Origin: Octopus vulgaris
Taxonomy: Eukaryota
Direction: 5' to 3'
Assembly (NCBI GenBank): GCA_951406725.2
Contig: OX597814.1
Location: 105,524,001 to 105,588,000, forward strand
DNA length: 64,000 nucleotides
Of the stretch, positions 55,305-64,000 are shown in pieces. Position numbers and translations under genes: made by a program. Under the pieces are notes generated by a model. That model worked only from the letters and a program-made list of their open reading frames with translations, searched no databases and was not told the DNA's origin. How positions within the stretch are numbered: position 1 is the first letter of the stretch; each line of letters opens with the position of its first letter.

Positions 55305-55500
55305 ATTTAACGTCCGTTTTCCATGCTGGCATAGATTTCATAGTCTGATAGGATCTGACGAGCCGCAGGATCGCGCAAAACTCCAATGTCAACTTTGGTA
55401 TGGTTTCTACGGTTGGAAACGTTTCCTAACTCCAACCATTTATAGCGTGTGTTTGGGTGCTTTTCACGAGGCACCAGTACTAGTGAGATCACCATGCACC
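55305..55500 (-). mobile_element. SINE/LINE 3'-tail fragment (family D)
   Basis: TTTAACGTCCGTTTTCCATGCTGGCA..GGTTTCTACGG..TTCCTAAC; second copy at about 32835-33030. Confidence 0.6.
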
Positions 55501-56262
55501 TTCTACAAAAAAAAAAAACGATTCCTTCGATTGAGTGTGGGGAGGTGTATTTGAGAGAGGCGGGGTGCGTTTATACCGGGTGTTTAGAGGGTAAAGTATG
55601 AAAGAGGGACGGGTACAGTTGTTTTGCTTGTATTATATAAGGGTGGCCGAGAGTGGCTGGAACGAAAATATAGTGGTGATAGGGTGCCAGAGTGTATTCA
55701 CAGTGTACAAGAAGGCAAATAAAAATCTCTGACGGAAATAATGGTAAACCACTTCTGTCATGTGTCAGCAAAGTCTTGTGTATTTAGATGTTCCAAAAAG
55801 CCGAACAGAAATGGTTTAGAAATAAAGCCTGTTGCTTTCATGAAGTTAGTTTCCATTAATAGGCGTTCAGCCTTCGTAGGAATGAACTGTGACGTTCATC
55901 CCTTTCCTAATGACTTTAGAGGAACAAATGAAAAAGCTGGATATTAAGGTAGGCCAGTCCCCCCCTCCCACACACACACACACACACAACATACGCACAC
56001 ACACAACACACGCACATTTTGCTCTGAACCTCAAATTCGGGTAATTACAGAACTGCATGGATACGCATGCGTTGTTCCATCTTCACATCAAAGTACATAC
56101 AGATCTACATCCAAGTATGCTCCAAAACTATGTAAACATTAAATATACACCACACACACACACTCTCACACACACACACACACACACACACATACCAGAA
56201 CCATCATGCAAGCCATTAATTACTCTTACAAACATACAAAAATAGAATGCAGGCAGCCAGGC

Positions 56263-56269
56263 TCACACA

Positions 56270-56323
<54 letters not shown>

Positions 56324-56660
56324 CACACACTCAAACACACACACACTCACTCACACACACACTCAAACACACACACACTCACACACACACACACTCAAAC
56401 ACACACACACTCACACACACACACACACTCAAACACACACACACTCACTCACACACACACAAACAAACACACACACACACACACACAAACACTCACACAC
56501 ACACACACTCAAACACACACACACACACTCACTCACACACACACTCAAACACACACACACTCACTCACACACACACACACTCAAACACACACATACACAC
56601 TCACACACTCAAACACTCACACATACTCACAAACACACACACACACACACACACACATAC
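56263..56660. repeat. Compound (CA)n array with CTCAAA interruptions
   Basis: Direct reading. Confidence 0.9.
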
Positions 56661-57016
56661 GCTTCTATGCTCTCATCTTCTACAAGCATAGCTGTGTGAG
56701 GTGGGAATGTGTTTGTGTTTGTGTTTCAAAAACAAGGGAAGTCTGCACATGCATGGATACAATCAGACAGCGAATGTTCCATTTAATCACGCACGCACGC
56801 TCACACACGCACACGTACGCACGCACGCACCCCCACCCCTCGTAATTCTTTCTCTCTTTGATGCCACTAACCCTCTCTCCTATATTTTATGTTCTGCCCT
56901 TCAATACTGACCTATATTTTTAAGCATTCATCTTCCCATCTCCCGATTTCCCTTCGAACCGTCGCTAATACACTTTTAACTCAACCTTCTCTTACTCTCT
57001 TTCTCTCTTTTAATCT

Positions 57017-57025
57017 GTCTGTTTA

Positions 57026-57092
<67 letters not shown>

Positions 57093-57177
57093 GTGTCTGT
57101 TTGTCTCTCTATTTATGTAGATATCTATCTATATATATATATATCTGTCTGTCTGTCTGTCTGTCTATCTGTCTATT

Positions 57178-57234
<57 letters not shown>

Positions 57235-57313
57235 GTTTGTCTCTCTATTTATGTAGATATCTATCTATATATATATATATCTGTCTGTCTGTCTGTCTGT
57301 CTATCTGTCTATT

Positions 57314-57408
<95 letters not shown>

Positions 57409-57511
57409 GTGTCTGTTTGTCTCTCTATTTATGTAGATATCTATCTATATATATATCTGTCTGTCTGTCTGTCTATCTGTCTATTTGTCTGTCTGTCTAC
57501 CTATCTATCTG

Positions 57512-57542
<31 letters not shown>

Positions 57543-57575
57543 GTCTATTTGTCTGTCTGTCTACCTATCTATCTG

Positions 57576-57626
<51 letters not shown>

Positions 57627-57795
57627 GTCTATCTGTCTATCTATCTATCTGTCTATCTATCTTTTACATGTCTATCTATCTTTTACATGTCTATCTATCT
57701 TTTACATGTCTATCTATCTTCTACATGTCTATCTATCTTCTATCTGTCTGTCTATCTGTCTGTCAGTCTATCTACCTATCTGTCTGTCTGTCTGT
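57017..57795. repeat. (TATC/TGTC)n array with higher-order repeats
   Basis: Block TGTTTGTCTCTCTATTTATGTAGATATC occurs three times; TCTTTTACATGTCTATCTA about four times. Confidence 0.9.
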
Positions 57796-58233
57796 AACCT
57801 CTATGTCTATATCCGCGTGCGTGTGTGTGTGTTTGTGTGTGACAAGCTAGCAAGATTACTTTCCGTCCATCTTGGTAGCAGCCTACCATCCCCGGCGTCG
57901 ACCCTTCTTTTTTCTCAGTCCAGTCCACAGTCAGTGGATGACGGAGGACAGATTTCTGTTAGCATTCGAAAGTGGGTCAAAGCCACGGGTCAGTGGAAAA
58001 ATAACTGCCGCACCAAGACACCTGATAGTTCTGGTTTTATTTGCAGTGAAATAACGGTGGGAAACGCGAGGGGAAAGAAATTTTAAAGAGTTAGAGACAT
58101 CGGGGATGGGGGTAAGCAAAAAGTGCTTACGAGAGGTTCACTGTAACTTCGAAGTTAAGTAAACGTGATCTACTAAAAAGTATTGAATAATCCTTCAGTT
58201 TCATGTTAAACTGTTTTTATATATAAACTTGAG

Positions 58234-58343
<110 letters not shown>

Positions 58344-58384
58344 TAGTGATATAAAATGGGGATTAGAGAAGTCGTTGCAAATAT

Positions 58385-58832
58385 CTCAGCCAAAGTCAGT
58401 AGTGGTGTCCTACAAGGTATTGTGTTGGGCCCACTCCTCTTCATTATTTACAGCTACGACACAGTAGATGTCATCAAACATTTTACATTGAAAACCTTTG
58501 CGGATGATTCCTAACTCCAGAAAGCCATAAGCGGCCTTCAGTCAGATCTGTTTGCCATTGTCCAATGGGCAGATAAAAAAAAACAATATGCTTTTAAATG
58601 AAGATAAGTTTGCTTTGATCCACTTTGGAAAAGAGAAAACTCTGAAATTACCATATGCTCTTCCCTCGGCGACTCCCTGGTGTCATCCAAAAATACCAGA
58701 GATCTTCGTGTGATTGTTGATTACAATCAAAGCTGGAATTCCCACGTAAACAGCAAGGTTGACTTGGCCCGCAAGATGTGCTCCTGGATTCTGAGAACTT
58801 TCCGGTCTAGAGATGCCTACACCATCATCCTG
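58385..58832 (+). mobile_element. Degenerate CR1-group LINE reverse transcriptase fragment
   Basis: SGVLQGIVLGPLLFIIY...FADDS*...LQSDL..IVQWA..NNM.LN.DK...RDLRVIVD...W.SHV; carries a stop and a frameshift. Confidence 0.85.
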
Positions 58833-59987
58833 AGATCGATTCGCTCAACGAAAAATTCTTCAAGGTGGTGCCCCAGCATGGGCGCAATCTAATGACTGGA
58901 ACAAGTAAAAGATAAGCGATTGTATAAATAATTCTTTCTTCTGTAGGCACAAGGTCTGAAATTACATCGACCACAGTGCATAACTGGTACTTAGTTTATC
59001 GACTCCGAAAGGATGAATGGCAACATCGACCCCGGCGGTATTTGAAGATTGTATAGATAATATAGACCTAAGTAGATAAAGCATGCTATGCCCTTTACTG
59101 TTATGATTGGTCTCTGTCCTGCTCCAATTCTCGTTCTATTTTCTTTGATATGAGGAGACGTTGGTGAGCAACATTGTTTAGATTAAGTCTGTACAAACGT
59201 AGATACCTGGTGGATGATTGTATTTAGTTCTCTGGGCCGAAAGTTTAGAATGGTCTCAGATGTTACAGAATGAATGATATTGATTATTGTCTTCGATACA
59301 GTTCTCTCTAGTTGAAGCTGTTATCGACCAATACACAAAAAATCTCTAATATCTTCTGACGCCATAGATATTCTTCTCAAGAAGGAACGGAATATGGTTA
59401 TTGAAGTACATTCTCGTTTCAAAGTGAACGAGCTCAATCAATTTTCCCCCCTCATTTATCGGTAAATTATTTTGTTATACCCATTAAATTACGACAGGAA
59501 GGTCATATCGGAGTTTAAAGAAGTCATCTCGTTCGTTGACGACTTTCTGATGTTCAGAGATTCCTGCGAATATTTGTCATGTCGTATCAAAGAAGCTGTG
59601 ATGTTAGACAGAGCTACAACTTCACAACTAGCATCGCAGAAGTTGCATTGCAATTTTCAAAACTATTTTTCAGTGTCCAATAACACAGTACTTGTTCCAC
59701 GTCCTCACGTTGTTGTTTTTTCCTGTTTGTTCTTGTTTGGATTGACTATATATATATATATATATAATATAAATAATATATAACTATATGCATATATACA
59801 TACATATATGTACATACCTATTGGTACAGGGCATAAAAAAAATGTTGAACACAATGAGAAAAGAAAACAAAAACATAGAAAACGAACTTTTTTCGAACAA
59901 CGAAAAAAAACAGAGAAACGAGACATGTATGTATGTATGTATGTATGTATGTATGTATGTATGTATGTATGTATGTATGTATGTATA

Positions 59988-60182
59988 TCGTATTTTTCGG
60001 CCTAGAAGTCGACGTGGTTGTATACTGAGAATTTTCTAACATTGCCACTATGTTTGAAAATCCTGTTGCATTTCACATGGACTTTTTGGTCCTCCAAAGA
60101 CTTCCTGGTGTATAAGTCGGCCTACAATTTTTGGCTGCAAATTTTGATCTGAAAAATTCGACTACTACGCCGGAAAACACGG
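59988..60182. mobile_element. Pogo/Tigger-like MITE
   Basis: TA-flanked imperfect TIRs TCGTATTTTTCGGCCTAGAAGTCGA / TCGACTACTACGCCGGAAAACACGG. Confidence 0.65.
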
Positions 60183-62117
60183 TAAGTATATTATGTACAC
60201 GCATACACACTCACACATACATAAACATACACGCACATATATAAACATACATATATACATAAATATGTACATATATATATATATTTATATGTATGTGTGT
60301 ATGTATATGTACATGTGCCATGTTAGCGTATATATTTCACTCGTTTAAATACACCTGTTTTATTGTATATTCAATGAATGCTCACCATTATAGTCACCTT
60401 TTATTTGACACAAGTCAAAAGAAATGAAAGAAAATAAATACTTGTCACAGCATAAAAGATGTCCACAAATATTCAGTGTTTGTGGAAAAAAACGTCACAA
60501 ATGACAAAGAAATGCTTTCTTTCTCAGCCCAAATTGACGCTTTTATGGCAACACAAAATACCAAGACTATTATTCTATGCCCATATTTTATGTTTCTAGA
60601 TTTTTCTGTCTTAAACAATTTCTTTTTCCGGAGAAGTTTTGACCGGTTTTTTTAATGTCTATTTTTGTCCCTCTTTCTAAACAAAATACACAGTTAGTTT
60701 CATTCGCCAAGCTACGTGGCGCCACCAGTTACCTACCTGCCTGTCCAGCCACGTGGTCCGAGAAATTTGCATTTTTAATGCGGCTGGTGTCGTCGGAATG
60801 TCGCCCTCCCGTCTAATAAACACATTGGAATCTGCCTTGACCAACCCCGGCCCCATTTTGCGGTAACCGTCTTGGATTTCCTCCATCTCACCATTCGGCT
60901 AAGCCTGAAGAGCTAGGATTTTGTAAGAAGCCTACGAAAGTTAATGTCGTATGTGGCCGAATCAATCTGCTTTAAATAACACACACACACACACACACAT
61001 GCGCATACGATGCGCTTCCACACAGTTTGCGTCCATCAAGTTCACTCGAAGCATTGGCGACCTATGGCTACAAAAAGAAGGCAATTGACTGAGATGCGTA
61101 GTTGAACTGAACCCGAAAGGGTGTGATTACCAGGCGAATTGCTTAACCACACTGCTACGCCTGCACCATTAGCCACGCATATGGCGCATGCGTGTGTGTA
61201 TGTGTGTGCTTGCGTGCGAGAATATAAAACCGATTTGTTTGGTTGCTGGTTACAGTTAATGTACCTGTTAGCTTACTCTGAAACCTGATATTTCCGCGGA
61301 TAAAACAGGTTTAGATATCCCGTGGAGGTCACAATTTAAACGTTTATACTTAAGTAACATCTGTAAGTGATAAGACTATCAATGCTTTACTACACACACA
61401 CACACACACAAACACGTACGTTTTCAATTCGCTTCCCTTCTTATCCCCACATAACCTTCCAGTTTCAGGTTTTTCGAAAAAAATCTTCTTTATTTATTAA
61501 ATCTTGTCTGTCTCGGACAACATTTCCATTGAAGATATCACCAAATGACAGGTTGGTCAGTATCTTCATGCCTACATGTTGTTTTAACCCCAGGTCGCGA
61601 CTGAACGAACGAACCTTGGATAAAAGCTTCCCTATATACCTCCTACCTCTTTTTTTTGCACTCGTTGTGGGCGCCAGATTACATTAACCCTTTTGCTACC
61701 ATATTTCTTTTTTTTTTAAGTTATTTTGAAAATAATGGACCATTTATTATATCCTGAGAAAGTCATTACGCCAAGAATAGCAACACACGCACAGGTTAAA
61801 TATCACTTCTTTCTTAGTCAATCGGTTATATATCTAATTAACTAATTGATCATTTATCGAATGTGCTAGTTAAACAATCAGTCGGTTGCCTGTTAGTCAA
61901 AGTTCTCTCGTCGCTGTTTGCCAACCTTTTCAATTACTTCTGCTCTCGCTCCATCGTTTACATGGTTTGCTCTCACCGGACAATTTATTAAAATAACTTA
62001 TTTATTAACCTGGTTTTGCACGAAATTCGAATGGTATCTCATGATTACTTTGAAACTGGAAGTTTTTATATCATAGAAGCAGGGATAGCCTGGGATGGGT
62101 TATTTTTAAAAAGGGTT

Positions 62118-62476
62118 TTATTCTTGTGTTTCATTCATTTGACTGCGGCCATGCTGGAGCACCGCCTTTAGCCAAACGAATCGGCCCCATGACTTATTCT
62201 TTGTAAGCCTAGTACTTATTCTATCGGTTTCTACTAAGTTACGGAGACGTAAACACACCAACATCGGTTATCAAGCGATAGTAGGGGACAAACACAGACA
62301 CACAAACATATGTATATATATGACGGTTTTTTTTTCAGTTTCCGTCTACCAAATCCACTCACAAGGCTTTGGTCGGCCCGAGGCTACAGAAGAAGACACT
62401 AGCCCAAGGTGCCACGCAGTGAGACTAAACCTGGAACCATGTGGTTGGTAAGCAAGCTACTTACAACACAGCCACA
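62118..62476 (-). mobile_element. SINE family A
   Basis: Reverse complement of the consensus. Confidence 0.85.
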
Positions 62477-62508
62477 TACACATACATTCATAAATACAGA
62501 CATATGCA

Positions 62509-62588
<80 letters not shown>

Positions 62589-62934
62589 AAGCTGTGAAAT
62601 GTAGATTGAGGGAGATCTGGTCATTACTTCATGAGTACTAGGTACCTATTAGTACTTATGCTTAATGTTTATATATGAAAGCTTATCCAGTTTGGAACAG
62701 GTTCTTGTCAGCCGAATTGTTAAATGACTCGACTTGCCTTTAAGTGTCCTCAACGGTAATAACGTAGCTCTTGGACTCAGACATTTGATGAGGTGGTACC
62801 TACATCCATCAGAACATGGCTCTTCGAAGATAATCAGGGAACTGGAAAAAAAAAAAAAAGAAGAGTTCTTTGAAAAGATCGGTTTCTGTTCGTAAACTTC
62901 GACCCTCTTAATCAGACAACGTCAGCGTGTCATT

Positions 62935-63020
62935 ACACTAATCCGTCGACCATCGCGAGTGTTACGTTCCAAAACCCTCCGCCATAGGTGAAAATCCGGG
63001 GAAATAGAAACAGTACAGTA

Positions 63021-63066
<46 letters not shown>

Positions 63067-63170
63067 ATTTTTATAATTTGTGTATATTTATTGTATTATA
63101 AATGAAAAACAACACCATAGAGGAATCGACATAAGCTTAAATAATAAACCGCGATAGGTGAACCGCGATA
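62935..63170 (+). mobile_element. Tigger-like MITE, same family as 4453-4602
   Basis: Shared blocks GTTCCAAAAC..GGTGAAAATCCG..TAGAAACAGTAC and AAATAATAAACCG..TAGGTGAACCGCGATA. Confidence 0.6.
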
Positions 63171-63172
63171 CT

Positions 63173-63375
63173 AAGGCGGTGAGCTGGCAGATTTGTTAGC
63201 ACGCTTAGCAGCATTTCGTCCGTCCTTTCCATTCCATTTCAAATTTCGCCGAGGTAGACTGTGCCTTTCGTCGTTTTCGGAGTCGTTGAAATAAGTACCA
63301 GTTGAACACTGGGGTCGATGTAATCGTCTTACCCCATCCCCCGAATTGCAGGCCTTGTGCCAATAATTTGAAACC
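63173..63375 (+). mobile_element. SINE family B
   Basis: GGCGGTGAGCTGGCAGA head and diverged core. Confidence 0.8.
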
Positions 63376-64000
63376 ATTATTTTTATGTCGTTTCGTCCCC
63401 TAACGAGTTGGACGGGGATTCGAACTCTCGCTGTCAAAATCTGACGTTTTTATTTACCGCTGTTTGGATGTTAGTTTTTAGGATTTCGAAAGAGTTCTGT
63501 TTACAATGCAATAGATTTCCGTCGTGGCATTTGGACATTTATGGCATTGATTTCCTGTGTCAGAGGAAATCATGAGAGGAAATAACTGGCATTAAGATTT
63601 GTTTTAAACACTCGCCAATTAATTTATTCGCTTAGCTTCAGTATTTGTGTGGGTGAGTGGGGTGGGGTGGGGTGGGGTAGTATTTAATCAAGTATTTTTT
63701 TTTGTTTTCGTTTTCAATGTGGCTAGCTTAGTTCGAAACACAAACTATGAGTCTTCTATGTACCTTTACTATTTGTTGAATATTGCTGTCATCCGCCTGA
63801 CTGTTTGAACTGCGATAGTTTACTAAAGTCCTCCAATCAGTTACACCATAAGAAATACCGTTTCTAAAACGAAGACATTTAAAAGAACAGCTTCCATTAA
63901 TCTCAAACTTGTTACACACATACACACTCACACAGACACACGTATATATATGAATGCATATATCTATGTATAATGTGTTACAATGTAGCTATTTATTGCT

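Noticed and set aside
60677-60886. 69-aa minus-strand ATG ORF
   Set aside because: No recognisable motif or splice context; length is within chance expectation.

Overview
Eukaryotic, AT-rich, microsatellite- and SINE-saturated DNA. The SINE families look like those I know from Octopus (coleoid cephalopod), which is an inference. Almost all ORFs in the supplied track are microsatellite artefacts. The one well-supported gene is the 5' part of a + strand PET-LIM gene (prickle/testin family, prickle-like). It has a first coding exon at 13079-13111 (MAASRLVEEKD) and, 31.6 kb downstream, an 89-nt exon at 44686-44774 (SPDPFQEADKGKICQKCGDQCPGYSPHYW-R). A candidate alternative in-phase upstream exon lies at 9844-10098. 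I found no next exon (expected to start KIC..CKC) inside the window. The rest is intron or intergenic DNA containing several tRNA-derived SINE families, Tx1/L1- and CR1-type LINE relics, Penelope-like relics, mariner/pogo/hAT MITEs and minisatellites. Points worth a second look: about ten minimal type I hammerhead-ribozyme motifs, several on the pre-mRNA strand; identical inverted repeats bracketing the 89-nt exon; a Tx1 insertion in (GATA)n with twin-priming geometry; and a SINE sharing that LINE's 3' tail.
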